Below, one piece after another: positions 1-11,588 of a DNA stretch of 64,000 nucleotides; position 1 is the first letter of the stretch, and the number at the start of each line of letters is the position of its first letter. Location of the stretch: assembly GCA_010093815.1 (NCBI GenBank), contig ML996576.1. One strand, given 5' to 3'. Position numbers and translations under genes: made by a program. The stretch comes from Pseudovirgaria hyperparasitica (lineage: Eukaryota). A model generated the notes under the pieces. That model was given only the letters and a program-made list of their open reading frames with translations. It was not told where the DNA came from and did no database searches.

Positions 1-1
1 C

Positions 2-367
2 GGTGCGTTATACTACTCCTCTCCGCAGTACTTCTTGAACCCCGGAGCATGGCAGCCAGGCCAGCATCACGTTCAAGAGCCAAAAACGGAAGACGATGAG
101 CCCCAAAGTACTGTACAGGGTGTGAAGATATCCCCTGTCAGATGGAGTGCGATGGGCGGACCATCGTGGGGTCACGGCTCCGATGGCAAAGCCCTAGCAG
201 AGATATCTGTGGCATTTGTTGCTGGTGTAATCGCCTTGTGGGACGCGGAGTTGATGGATAAGAGCGCGGCTGATGTGAAGCCTTCAATGAGCCCAGGTGC
301 GTGGAGCGCACCGGGGGTAGACTTCAGGGTGAGACTTCGCAGAAGAGTCCTGCCCACGGCGCCCTAG
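2..367 (+). CDS. 3' end of a cytochrome P450-like protein (truncated by window edge); heme Cys apparently absent
   Basis: Frame is open from base 2. PQYFLNPGAWQPGQH resembles the meander/PERF region; PSWGHGSDGKALAE...FVAGVIALWD and PGVDFRVRLRRR resemble the P450 heme loop, L-helix and C-terminal strands. Confidence 0.55.
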   Translation, partial: GALYYSSPQYFLNPGAWQPGQHHVQEPKTEDDEPQSTVQGVKISPVRWSAMGGPSWGHGSDGKALAEISVAFVAGVIALWDAELMDKSAADVKPSMSPGAWSAPGVDFRVRLRRRVLPTAP

Positions 368-947
368 CGAAACTTGTAAGCAAATATGAGATCATAACTT
401 CGCTATTGCGTACTTTCGCTGGCAACAGATGCGCACCACAACTTAGGCTCTCAAAACTCGATGGATAGAGGAAGTGTTGCTGGCAGAGAGAAATGACCTT
501 GGCACCCTTTTCTCGACCTGCGCAGTCTACCTACTCAGACATCACGACGTCTTGGGAGACCACATCTTCAACCCCCCAGCATCATAGAGATGAATCAGGG
601 TTTTGAAAATGGAAGGATTGCGACGGCGGTGCCTGCATTGTTAATAATTATGTAGGTAGTGGGTAGGTATTGTCGTTTGGTGTGGAAGTGATTGATTCTT
701 CTCTAGTTTCTATAGCTATGAACATGCCGTCTGAGGGGAAAGAGCCAGCAGCCCGCGACTCATACTCGCCTACAGAAATTGACTGTGCTACAAATCTTCA
801 AGATCTATCTGAGAATTCCATGATTTGCACGGATGACTATCGCATCTACAACCACGGAATGATAGCCTTAGGTTCCACTTTTAATGCTCAGAGCGCAACC
901 ATCAATAGGAACGTTCAGAGCGCAACCATCAATATAAATAAAGCACG

Positions 948-1895
948 ATGGCCATCTCGAAGAGAAGAAAAAAGAGAAACTCTGCCACTTTTCGGAATTT
1001 GAAACCAAAACACACTCGTCACCGAAAACTTCACCGCAAGACTATTGTCAAAGCTACAATGGCACCTCCACCAATGGGAACCAACATCACCCTGACGGGT
1101 CTGCAAGAGTACATTACCTCTTTACGCCCTGTCCATACTCAGACACCCAATACACACTCTAGTCTCAGGATGAGGCCCGACTCCCCGACTTTGGCTCACT
1201 TGCCCAGGACTATACCTACAACCCCAGATGCAGGATCGCTGGCGCCATTTGAGTCTAGAAGCAAAAAGCTGGAAAAGTGGTGGGCATTTGCGTCTGAGTC
1301 TCGCCAGGCAAACACGAACTACAAGCCTCTTCCTTCTGCACACAAACGTAGCACTATGAGCCTGCCACCAACACCGTCGACTCCCATCAGCAGAGTTCCT
1401 AGAGCTATGAACACTATGCCCAGATACGACAAGACCGCAAAGGGTCGCAAGGGCCTCCCTCAAACCGCTAAGAAGTCAGCGAACGAAAGCCCAATTCCAC
1501 ATTTCGCCCGTGGAGCAGGCACGAAAAGGAGATCCGACGCTCGAAAAGACTCAGGACACAGTGCATCACAGAAGTCAACCAGTGGCGAAACTGACAGGCG
1601 AAAGAGATCGATACCGCATCTTCAGCAAAAAAAGACGTTCAATCTATGTGTGTATTGCCAAACAGCGGCGTGTCTTGTTTCGCAAACTCCCTCCGGTCTC
1701 GCACGAACTGCCACTCAGGAACAGGGAACAAATATGGATATACCTTCTACTCACTGGAATGCGTATGATGAGGATGAAAGACTTGATATTTACACTGGGC
1801 ATAATGCCCTTGTGGATGATGGTCTCAGGCAGCAATACAGTGAAGCAGACCTGTTCTACGGCAGTGCAGAAGATGAGGACGATAATAGCAATTGA
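948..1895 (+). CDS. Hypothetical low-complexity basic/Pro-rich protein with acidic tail
   Basis: 315-codon ORF, no recognised domain; start could be 1059. Confidence 0.4.
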   Translation: MAISKRRKKRNSATFRNLKPKHTRHRKLHRKTIVKATMAPPPMGTNITLTGLQEYITSLRPVHTQTPNTHSSLRMRPDSPTLAHLPRTIPTTPDAGSLAPFESRSKKLEKWWAFASESRQANTNYKPLPSAHKRSTMSLPPTPSTPISRVPRAMNTMPRYDKTAKGRKGLPQTAKKSANESPIPHFARGAGTKRRSDARKDSGHSASQKSTSGETDRRKRSIPHLQQKKTFNLCVYCQTAACLVSQTPSGLARTATQEQGTNMDIPSTHWNAYDEDERLDIYTGHNALVDDGLRQQYSEADLFYGSAEDEDDNSN

Positions 1896-2459
1896 TGATG
1901 TGTGGTGTGTTGCGTATCTTATCGGGTTCGAAGACAGGTCTGTTCATTTATCCATCGATACTTAAACAATTGATTTTCTGATCACTACCTGCATCTAATA
2001 TAACTCAAAGAAGATCTCCCCAAAAAGTTCCTACGAATCCGTTATACAACATGTGCTCCGTCCCGACGCGACATATTGCCCACAAGTCTTAACGAAGACT
2101 GGCCATTTTCAAATTTCGAAATGAAATATAAGGTCTCTTATAAGCGTGTACTTACACATACTGATAACGCATACTCCCTCCAACGAGTATATACACAGGG
2201 CAGCTAATTCATATCGGCTAGCCCTACTTAGATTAGCACTTTAGCCGCTCCTCAGGTCCAATCCGGATACTATCCGGATCTTATCAATGCGTCATTTAAT
2301 GCGCACCCGAACATTTTCAATACGTTTCCACAGATCAGTCACACACGTTCCCTGTATCCTGATTAGACATCCTGTCCATATTACCGCTTTTACAACTGCC
2401 CAAACTGCCCTGCATGAGACGCCACTTTACATTAGATATCAACATCTGAAGCCCACAAG

Positions 2460-3977
2460 ATGGCACTTCTTGCATTACCACAGGAACTCGAGGATTGTAT
2501 TTTCGACTTCCTGGATACCCGGGACTTTCGTCAACTTTGCCAAGTGAATCATTACCTGCATGAGCACTACGAGAAAAGAGGATATCGATCGATTCATCTG
2601 CAGACTCATACGGAGAAGAGCTTCTACCCGTTAGACCCCATGACCAGTCGACCATTTAATTCAGAAGATCTAACTAGAATTAGGAGCAGGCGACCGCCTC
2701 GTCTGCTTTGGACGCTCTTGCGACGCCCAGATCTGAGGGCATGTGTGCGAGAACTCAGTATTGACTTTTCGGATGAGCAGAAGGCGAACATGAGCCTAGT
2801 GGAAGATGTTGTACTCGGGAGATCCATGCCTGGATTCTTGGAGGCATATAATGAGCCACAGGATGTACCACGCCTTTTGGATGGACTTGACAGGGGCGCG
2901 TACAGCACATGTGCCGTCCTAGTACTTATCCTTGCGCAGAATATAACGCATCTACAACTTATGTCCCCCAGGTCGCCGGGGGTATTAGGCTACGAAATGG
3001 TATCGATGAGAAACATGCTTCACGATGTGATCCAGTGGGAAACAAGAATACAAAAGTATCCTGCGATAGATGAACAACGAATGTTCAGATCACTCCGCCA
3101 TCTTTCTCTCATCAATCAGCATATCGTCCAGAACGGGTGGACTTCGCTTATGGGCATAAACACCATCAATATGTCTCGCGGGGCATATTATCAGGGTTTC
3201 TACCCGTGTTCTACTGTTCAATCGATCACACTCGGGCTTGACGTCACTGGGTTAAGCGCCATGAGCAGGGCTCTTCGTCGAAGCATGTCCATTCCAGTCA
3301 TTCGACTCACATCTATATGCGAAGGAGAACGTAACGGCATGTGGGTGTACGTCCAAGATTTCCTTCGCCTCTCGGCACCAGAGAAGAAGTTCCATACCCT
3401 CATTTTCGACGATTCATGCGAAGTCCCCGGCGCAATCAAAGATTCGACAGAATTGCCACAGGACGCTCTCCCAAGCCTCTCTGACAGCCCTAAGTTTTAC
3501 CTAGACTTCTCCGTTGGCTGCCCAAACCTCACTACTCTCGCCATCCCACTCGATGGCTTCCTCACTTTTCTTTGCGCCACCGCTTCCACTAACGACCAAA
3601 GGTCTAGCGCTGGGTTCCGCCTTCCACCCAATCTCAAATCACTGTGGATCACAAACGTGACACTCAGTTCCGCAACGATTGCTCACGAATACAAGGCACA
3701 TAGTACTCTACATGTGGTAAGAGCACTGACGACGCTATGTCGAAGCTATGGACGACCGGCAGCACTCTGTGAAGTCGCTGTAACGGTCATATTATCCGAG
3801 CGCCATCACCCTGACTCTGGAGAACATAACGAAGATCCAATGCGTATATTAGAAGAGGTGCACACGCTTGTCGAAAGCTTAGGAATTCAGCTCACATGGT
3901 ATTTATACGACAGGAGAGGTGGAAATGTAAATTTTGTAATTAAGACAGGAGATGAGTGGCGTAGAGTTGGCTTGTGA
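2460..3977 (+). CDS. F-box domain protein (LRR-like C-terminus)
   Basis: N-terminal LLALPQELEDCIFDFL...LCQVNHYL F-box motif; LRHLSL, LTTLAI and LKSLWI LRR-like segments; intronless 505 aa. Confidence 0.8.
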   Translation: MALLALPQELEDCIFDFLDTRDFRQLCQVNHYLHEHYEKRGYRSIHLQTHTEKSFYPLDPMTSRPFNSEDLTRIRSRRPPRLLWTLLRRPDLRACVRELSIDFSDEQKANMSLVEDVVLGRSMPGFLEAYNEPQDVPRLLDGLDRGAYSTCAVLVLILAQNITHLQLMSPRSPGVLGYEMVSMRNMLHDVIQWETRIQKYPAIDEQRMFRSLRHLSLINQHIVQNGWTSLMGINTINMSRGAYYQGFYPCSTVQSITLGLDVTGLSAMSRALRRSMSIPVIRLTSICEGERNGMWVYVQDFLRLSAPEKKFHTLIFDDSCEVPGAIKDSTELPQDALPSLSDSPKFYLDFSVGCPNLTTLAIPLDGFLTFLCATASTNDQRSSAGFRLPPNLKSLWITNVTLSSATIAHEYKAHSTLHVVRALTTLCRSYGRPAALCEVAVTVILSERHHPDSGEHNEDPMRILEEVHTLVESLGIQLTWYLYDRRGGNVNFVIKTGDEWRRVGL

Positions 3978-4232
3978 TGCAATTTTTCACTGCTGCTTAA
4001 AATCTTCATTCAACATGTTGAAAGTGCCAATTGCAAGTAAGTTTCGGCTGTCAAATAGCGTATGTGGTAGTAGGTCAATACCCTATTATTATATAGAATA
4101 TGCAACTTGCACGTGACACGTCTCTCGCTTAGCTATCGCTAGCCCTACTCGATTTTCGAGATGCCCACAACGATTCGGCGAACTTCTCGAACTTTACATC
4201 TCCGACCATAACCACTAACACAACAGCTCGAG

Positions 4233-4908
4233 ATGGCGCCAAACGACAGTAAGAAGGGTACGCATGATTATACCATTGTCCTCATTCCCTATATTCGATC
4301 TGGCTTTGCGATTACTTTGAACTCTATACTGACACAAATTTACTTAATAGGCTCCAAAGCCGGCAGCAAGTCTGCGAAAGCGAACGCTGCCGCGAAGGCA
4401 ACTCTGAAAGGCGTAAGAGGCTCCAATCCTTGAGGCGTGTCAGCACTTCATCGCTGACGGCCTATTTTATATAGGTCAATTCGCACAAGGCCAACAAGGT
4501 CCGCCTTTCGGCGACCTTCCACCGCCCGAAGACTCTGCGTCTGTCTCGCACTCCCCGATACCCGCGCAAGTCGATACCTTCGGAGCCGCGCATGGATGCT
4601 GCAACTGTGCTCATTCACCCGCTCAACACCGAATCCGCAATGAAGAAGATTGAGGAGAACAACACCCTCGTTTTCATCGTCAATGTCAAGGCCAACAAGC
4701 GCCAAATCAAGGCTGCGCTGAAGACTCAGTACGACGTGGACTGCGTGAAGATCAACACACTTATCCGGTATGGAAAAATATGCGAATATTTGCAATGACA
4801 AGACTGACAGTGATATACAGACCAGACGGCACCAAGAAGGCCTATGCCAGACTGACCCCAGACGTCGATGCTCTCGACATCGCTGCGACCAAGCTCTCCA
4901 TTGTTTAA
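4233..4908 (+). CDS. RPL25: 60S ribosomal protein L25 (uL23), 4 exons
   Basis: Exons 4233-4257, 4351-4412, 4475-4767, 4821-4908 with GT-AG introns; [43 protein letters not shown]. Confidence 0.97.
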
Positions 4909-5263
4909 GCGTTTAAAAAAGGGATTGGGCTGTACTTTCTTATGGTGGCTGGGATAAGGATTCTCGCCGCATATAGTTATGATGGCAATATATAGGATCA
5001 GCGCGCTGCGCGATCTACGTTCCAAAAGATGATACCCGTGCCAACTCAGATACCCGCTCACCTTTATATACTTCCGCCAATGTGTTATTCATTTTTGCCA
5101 CGAAAGACGATTACCTCAGTAGCTACAGCCATTGAGGTACTCATCAGGATCATGAACCTCTACCATGCCGTATCAAATATCATACATCGGCAAACAGCAA
5201 CCACCCAACATGCGGTCTCATGGCAGTTTGCCCTATCAATAACCAAAGTTCCATAGTCCGCCC

Positions 5264-5698
5264 TCACTGCAACGCCCTCATCCTATCCAACTCTTTGAAC
5301 ACCACCTTGTTTGCATCCATAAACCTCTCCACACACTGCTCCATGCACGGCGCCTCATACCGATCCAGCTGGGCCGAAGAGATCTTGCTAGTAACGCACT
5401 TCTTGAAGCACATATCTGTCGTTTTGTGGATATCTAGCCGGCAAGGTTAGCCATAGCAAGCACGCAAGCATTCTGCCACAAGGGGAACCGTCGCCTGCGA
5501 AAGATATGCTAGTACCAGAGAGAAAGAGAGAGAGAAAGTCTGGCTCTGGCCATAGGATCAAGAGTGTTGGGTTGGGTACGTACTCGATTGGAGCGCAGCC
5601 TTCTGGCTCTCTTGCACGACGAATTGCTGCAGCTCTTGCTTGTCGCGCTCGGAGAGCTTGGTGAAGTCCAGATTGGACGCGGCACCGAGCGAGTCCAT
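5264..5698 (-). CDS. TIM8: Mitochondrial intermembrane-space chaperone Tim8, 2 exons
   Basis: Exons 5698-5584 and 5433-5264 give MDSLG...KQELQQFV...CFKKC...CMEQCVERFMD (twin CX3C motif); not captured in the ORF track. Confidence 0.9.
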
Positions 5699-6212
5699 TT
5701 GTGAAATGTGTTGTATGGTTATATTGATTCCGGTCCGAGGGTTCGAGAAGCGGCGATTAAGCGAAAGCAGTTACTGTCTTACGTGCAATGCAATTCGAAG
5801 CTTGAAGAGTTGTTCTGCGACGATGTATGATCGGAGATTAATTCTATACCGAAGTTTGTCCGCGGCGAGAAAGGCTGTTGCTGCCTGAGGCCTACATTGT
5901 GTATACTTTGATAAGACATACAAATGTCGAGGTGATACTTCAAGGTCTGTGGTTTCTCTATGCGCTACAGAGTACAAGTCTTTCTATGATATTGGCCTCC
6001 GACTTGTATCGCTCAGCGGCCAATCCGCTGATAAGTATGATGAGGTATTCCGCCAACCCCCAAATCCTATATCCATCCCAACAAAGCTCCTTTCAAATGC
6101 CCAGTTTATCGCTATGACCGGTCACGCCGGTATAATTACGTTTTGCACGTGTAATCAGATACAAACTTCACATCCCACCAACTTTACAATGCCTTAAATC
6201 TCGTTTGCGCTT

Positions 6213-8480
6213 TCAATTGTTTTTTCTCTTCTTTCTGGGATTGGTTGTATTGTCTTGGGCCACAGGAATTGATTCGGGTGGATTTGCCGGGCTTGGTGCT
6301 CCACTGCTGACACTCTCGATACGATTCTCGTCAAGGCTGACGCCATTGTCGTATCCGGTGAAGTCTCCGCCATTAGTCCCGAACAAGTCATCAGCACCAT
6401 TTCCGAAATCGTCCACGTCGTTGAAGGCATTTGCGTTATCAAAGTCAAGGTCCAAGCCAGGTATAGTAGAGTCACCCGCACTCGCAAATTGCGCATTGCT
6501 CTCGGTGTTGGGAAAGTAGTCGTCTGAATTGATAAACGAGTTGATGTCAAGATCGCTAGGCTCAGCACCAGCAAAGTTGCCGTAGAAGTTGTTTGAATCA
6601 CCAGATGGAGCGACATAGCCTGGGATACTACCAGTGGGACTTAATGGTTGCAGACGATCAGCCAATGCTTGGACTTTGTCGTTCTGCTCCTGTTGCATCT
6701 TCTGCAGAATATCGAGCTGAGATTGTGTGTTTGTGAAAGTATCCAGCGATGGTATCGGTGGAGGGTCAGGATTCAAAAGCGCATTGTCATTTGGAGCGGC
6801 AGAGATTGGGCTGTTAGCTGCCATGTAGGAGAGAAGCTGATTTCGTTGTTGTGCGGTCAATTGGCCGCCATCAGATGAGTTTTGGAAATGATTTAGGGCA
6901 GCATCGAAGTCGAGCTGAGGGCCTTGCGATGCGTTCGGGTCATGATTTGCGTTACTATTTTGGATGACGGACATGATCTCGTCGTTTTCAGGCACTGCGA
7001 ACGTGGCATTCGGTGTCGAAACCTCCGACTTGATTGGAGGACTCTTCGACTTCGCTACCGGGCTATTGGATGGCCTTGCGGACTTGAAGATGCCGTTTTG
7101 CCAACTGACTGGTCTCATAGATGGACTTCGTGTGGTCGCAGCGCGCGTGGCCTGGGTAGACGGGCTAGCCGTGGGATCTTTCGTTTCAGGGGCTGGTAGG
7201 AGAGCAAGTGGTGGCCTTCGTCTGAGTGGAGTACCCTTACTTCGATCTTGTTCTACATGATAGTCTCCTACATCTACTACGCTGCCATGATTTTGGTTGT
7301 TTTGTGGCATGGCGTGAGCAAACATCTCGGCAAGGTTGGGCCCATTGTTGGTCTCCAAGCTGCGGTTATAGAAGGTAGCTAGGAATGTTAGAATGGCGTT
7401 GATCGAGTTTTCATGTCGATCGTGAAGGGTCTGAAATGCTCGCGCTTGGTTGTAAAGCTGATCGTTCTGTTGCCGTATCCTGCTGATGGCTTGGGATATC
7501 AATTTCTGTTGTTGTTGCACGGATCGTAGCTCAGATTTCATATTCGTAATTTCTCGAGACGGAATGACTGCCATATCCTGGTTGATTCGGACGACTCCCT
7601 CGTTCTCACTACGTGTTTCCATGGCAGGTAAATATTTCTTCCCCGCTTCATCATCGCTATCACCTCCCTTTGGCTTATCATCATCTCGTTTTCGCTTCCC
7701 AGCAGCCGCCGTCTTCGGCTTTTGTATCAACCAGAGTAGTTCAGGACGTCCTCGCTTGAAGTATTTGTTGTAGTATTCACTCGGGTTCTTGACTTTTGAC
7801 TCGCTAGATTTCATCGAATTGTCTGATAAGCCGACCTTTTTATGGAATCCATACATATTGAGTTGTCGTACGAAGGAGGCATAGTTGTTGTGCTTGAAAA
7901 GTTCTGGTATCAGAGTTTTCGCAAATTCATCCTCATTCAATACGATGAAAGAATTTCCATCATCTGCCCAGCGAATAAGATCTGTATTCCGTTTCTCATC
8001 GAGAAAACTACTGAGCTTCTGAACGAACGGTGGTATGGTCTTCCTCTTCGATTGGGCTTCTTTCCGCGCCTGCAAAGCCTTCTCTTCTAGGTCTTCGTCG
8101 TCTTCCGCATTCTCCCAACCTGCTGCCTGTGCATCGGTCCCTAACTCTTGCCACGTATTTGGATCCAGCGATCGATTTTGCAATGCCAACTGATTGTTCC
8201 TATTCCTCCGCACTAGTTGATTGGATGTGGCTGGGTCTACGTCCGCGGTCAAATGTTGTGCAAGCAGCTCAGCTGAGGGCATACTGGAGCCGAAAAGATT
8301 GCTGTCGAATGGAGGATTGTTTGGTAAACTCGTGGATGTCTCGCCGAAAGTGCTTACACCGTCCCAGTCTGTAAAAGCCATATTTTTTGTGTCTGTGGAA
8401 TCTGGGTACACGACCTCATGTTGCGACTGCTGCTGCGGTCCTGGCAATACACTTGCGGCCGCTTCTTTCTTGGTTGACAT
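6213..8480 (-). CDS. HSF1: Heat shock transcription factor
   Basis: HSF DNA-binding domain PPFVQKL...LFKHNNYASFVRQLNMYGFHK, followed by an HR-A/B coiled coil; single 755-aa ORF. Confidence 0.95.
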   Translation of the reverse strand: MSTKKEAAASVLPGPQQQSQHEVVYPDSTDTKNMAFTDWDGVSTFGETSTSLPNNPPFDSNLFGSSMPSAELLAQHLTADVDPATSNQLVRRNRNNQLALQNRSLDPNTWQELGTDAQAAGWENAEDDEDLEEKALQARKEAQSKRKTIPPFVQKLSSFLDEKRNTDLIRWADDGNSFIVLNEDEFAKTLIPELFKHNNYASFVRQLNMYGFHKKVGLSDNSMKSSESKVKNPSEYYNKYFKRGRPELLWLIQKPKTAAAGKRKRDDDKPKGGDSDDEAGKKYLPAMETRSENEGVVRINQDMAVIPSREITNMKSELRSVQQQQKLISQAISRIRQQNDQLYNQARAFQTLHDRHENSINAILTFLATFYNRSLETNNGPNLAEMFAHAMPQNNQNHGSVVDVGDYHVEQDRSKGTPLRRRPPLALLPAPETKDPTASPSTQATRAATTRSPSMRPVSWQNGIFKSARPSNSPVAKSKSPPIKSEVSTPNATFAVPENDEIMSVIQNSNANHDPNASQGPQLDFDAALNHFQNSSDGGQLTAQQRNQLLSYMAANSPISAAPNDNALLNPDPPPIPSLDTFTNTQSQLDILQKMQQEQNDKVQALADRLQPLSPTGSIPGYVAPSGDSNNFYGNFAGAEPSDLDINSFINSDDYFPNTESNAQFASAGDSTIPGLDLDFDNANAFNDVDDFGNGADDLFGTNGGDFTGYDNGVSLDENRIESVSSGAPSPANPPESIPVAQDNTTNPRKKRKNN

Positions 8481-9398
8481 GACCTTGCCGAGATCGTCTT
8501 ACGCCAAGTCAGCAACCGAGGAGCTCAATTTATAGACCTTCCCAATTTACTCGCTGGCGAAGCCGCGCAATGTTTGAGTGACCTGATATGGGCACAGAAT
8601 GCGCTATGTCCTCGAGCAGATGTGGCGTAGATGCGCCGATCACAGGTTGTTCGCAGCAGTAATAGAGGTAGCGCGATGAGGTACTCAGTAAGTCATTAAG
8701 CTAATTCTGGTGGCATGTAGAGAGCGCAAGGCAGAGACCAGACAAGCGAATAAGAGTTGCAAAGACCATGCGGTGCGAAGCTTCCTCGTGGAGGGCGCTG
8801 CAGCGTGTGTCGGATTCAGAGCGTTTAGGAGGCTAGGTTCCGATGTGTGCTATCAGGTCTGTCTGTATTGCAATCGCGAGGGGGGAGAAATGAATGCGCG
8901 GCGTGTATCGTGAATATCACAGGTGGTGTTGTGGAAAAGGTAAGCTAAGGCAGAAGTGCAGAATGCAGAATGCCTTTCCCGCTGTGACGTCTTGTGCTAA
9001 TCTATTTACGGTTAGCATGGCTTGTCTAGCTAAACCTCCTTCGACTGACTTTTGTTTTCTTTGTCCCCTGTCATCGTTCATTCATTGCTCTCGAGCCCAA
9101 ACACCCATTGAAAACTGCTTCAGCGTGCCATTTTGCTGATAGGCTAGGTATCAGAGTTTATGCGTCCTCGAAGTTGTCAAGCCCGTCACCAGTAGATCAC
9201 GGGTGATTACCTGCCACATGTCTGTGCGAACGTGACAGAGCCTCTTCACTATGTTCCGAACGCAAGCAGCTATGATATGAGGGAAGCCTTTAATTCAGTT
9301 ATTTCAGACACTCCTTTCCCCAAGGCCAGCTGTGCTGCAAGCTCTTCTCACAATATCCTTTTATCGGACCGTTCACACATCGCGAAAACAAGCCCAAC

Positions 9399-11026
9399 AT
9401 GGCCCCAAGTTTAGTTGAATGTCCTTTTTGCTCCGCAGCATTCTCTCAAGATGATGTGTATTGGCTGCAACTACATATCGAAGAGAGTCACACACCAGAC
9501 TCTGCTTTTAGGATCGCTCCTGAAGATGATGCTGATTCCGCTTCTGCTTCAACCACCTTTCAAGTCTCAGGCGCACTTGCTGATTGCGATGATGATGATC
9601 ACACTTTCGTGGACTGTCCCGAATGTGGAGAGTACGTCCTGCTTGACGACTACAATGACCATTTGGACCTGCACGACGTGGAAAAGCACAACACTTACTT
9701 ACCATCATCTTCATCGACTTCATCCACTACACGCTCCAAACATCATGATATGCGCTCAAACCCCTCATTACTAAACGAGAATATTTCCATGAACATATCC
9801 GGGCAACTGCCAAGTCAGAAACGAAGACATTCTAGTTCGGGTTCAAGATCCAGCCTATCTCGGAGTGTCTTAACTTGTACCCCTTCTACCACGAGCAAGG
9901 CTCGCATTTCAAAGAGAATCAAAAGTGCTCGGCTGGGTGTGAGTCTGATTAGCCCTACCAAGCAACGAGCTCACTGACGTTTGTGCAGAAGAAGGAGCTC
10001 GGCCCTTACGCCTGGGAAGATAGAATGCCGGCTTGGCTGGAAAAGAAACTTGCCGATGGGCCCAAAATATCCATCGTCAACCGGATCGGTGGAGACGGCC
10101 GATTGATAAAGCAAGAGGTTGTCGAGAATGAGACGCCAGGAATTCCCTCGATTCTTGCGCAGCTGTCGCACGTGGATCGATCCGTCCGCAAAGCGTATTA
10201 CTGCCATCCGAGTACTGTGCATATTTGTCACACCCCTAAAGAAGGGGGCTTTTGTGGGTACCGAAATCTTCAAATGTTGATCTCGTACATCCAAGGTGCC
10301 AGAGCTCAAGGCCATACTGAATTTCCAGGCCGTACACCAACCATTCTAGCCCTTCAAGATATAATTGAAGATGCTTGGGACAAAGGTATCAACGAAGTTG
10401 CCAGAGTCCAGACCGGTGGTATCAGGAAAACCCGAAAGTGGATCGGCACACCGGAGGTAGGTCTACCAAGCCCTTCTTGTATTACATGCATACTACTTTC
10501 GCATATCTGCTGTCACTGACCCCGGCTAATGTCCCATTCTCAGGCTCAATCCGTCCTTGTCAACCTCCAGATAGATAGTGGCGTACAAGTCTTCTCAGAT
10601 GGTCAGCGAGGCTCAGCGCTCGATCAGCTTCTAATCTTTGTTGAGAGCTATTTCCAACAATTTGTCACGGACGCCGATCAAAAGGTCCATAGAACCCTTG
10701 CACCGCCAATATACTTCCAGCATCCAGGGCACTCGCTTACTATTGTTGGATTTGAACGTCGAAAGGACGGCTCCTGTAATCTCGTCGTATTTGATCCTAT
10801 GTTCAGAACTTCGCCTTCGATGCACAGACTACTCGGGCGTCAAAACATTGCATCACCAAGGCCAGAGGTCATGGACGCATATCGTCGCGACGCAAGAAAG
10901 CTCCGCAAACATCGCGACTTCGAGATTCTCATGTACGCTCCCACAGTCTACATTTGTCGTTTCCTCTAGCTAAATATGTTCAGGTTGACCGCCGCGCCGC
11001 CTCAGTTTCCAGCTTGGGCTGTATGA
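9399..11026 (+). CDS. Zinc-finger C78-family deubiquitinase (ZUFSP/ZUP1, Mug105-like), 4 exons
   Basis: Exons 9399-9938, 9989-10456, 10544-10932, 10984-11026; two C2H2/UBZ-like fingers; catalytic GFCGYRN, QHPGHS and FDP motifs; KWIGTPE. Confidence 0.9.
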
Positions 11027-11126
11027 GACCTCATATTCCTCATTGCTAGCATCACAATCTAATATACTAATCATCTGTCCTATACCCAACGGAAAGACTT
11101 GTCGTTAACTCAAATTTTGTTAGATA

Positions 11127-11588
11127 ATGGCGCAATTCCCGGCGCACAGATTTGTGTACGTCTTCCTGCGCTTCTCATCAGTGAGCAACCACGGCGGCCC
11201 CGGCTACGACGTCTATCCCGAACACCATTTCCTCTCTGCTTTTCCATGGCAGAGCTTCGGGTCTCTTTTTATGACAGACGAAGGACGTTTCGCTCGCGTT
11301 CCACCGCCTCTCTCTCCATACTTGCAAATGTTAATGCGATGCCAATTTCGCGGAACACCTCCGCCGGTTCCCGAGACTGTGCAACAATTACTCAGTTATC
11401 AAGACGTCGCTAAACCCGAAGAGTGTGGATTGCTTCCTGTAAAGATGCTGACTGAATCGGAGATGGAGGAGGTCTTGTTCTGGCAAGGCTGTGGCACTCC
11501 ATCCTGCACATTTGGATGTGGTAAAGAGAGGGCGGGTGAGATTGAAGCTGCGAGGAAATTGTTTCGTCCTGAGGAGATTGTCACATGA
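11127..11588 (+). CDS. Hypothetical protein, or alternative last exon of the upstream gene
   Basis: 153-codon ORF of protein-like composition starting 100 bp after the C78 peptidase stop. Confidence 0.4.
   Translation: MAQFPAHRFVYVFLRFSSVSNHGGPGYDVYPEHHFLSAFPWQSFGSLFMTDEGRFARVPPPLSPYLQMLMRCQFRGTPPPVPETVQQLLSYQDVAKPEECGLLPVKMLTESEMEEVLFWQGCGTPSCTFGCGKERAGEIEAARKLFRPEEIVT

Noticed and set aside
4258..4350. C/D snoRNA in RPL25 intron 1 (ATGATTA...CTGA)
   Set aside because: Imperfect box C, and the CTGA is the branch point; the intron is too short.
5434..5583. Nested intron (stwintron) or alternative acceptor in the TIM8 intron
   Set aside because: The internal CAG does not regenerate a donor, lacks a good branch point, and would shift the frame by 61 nt.
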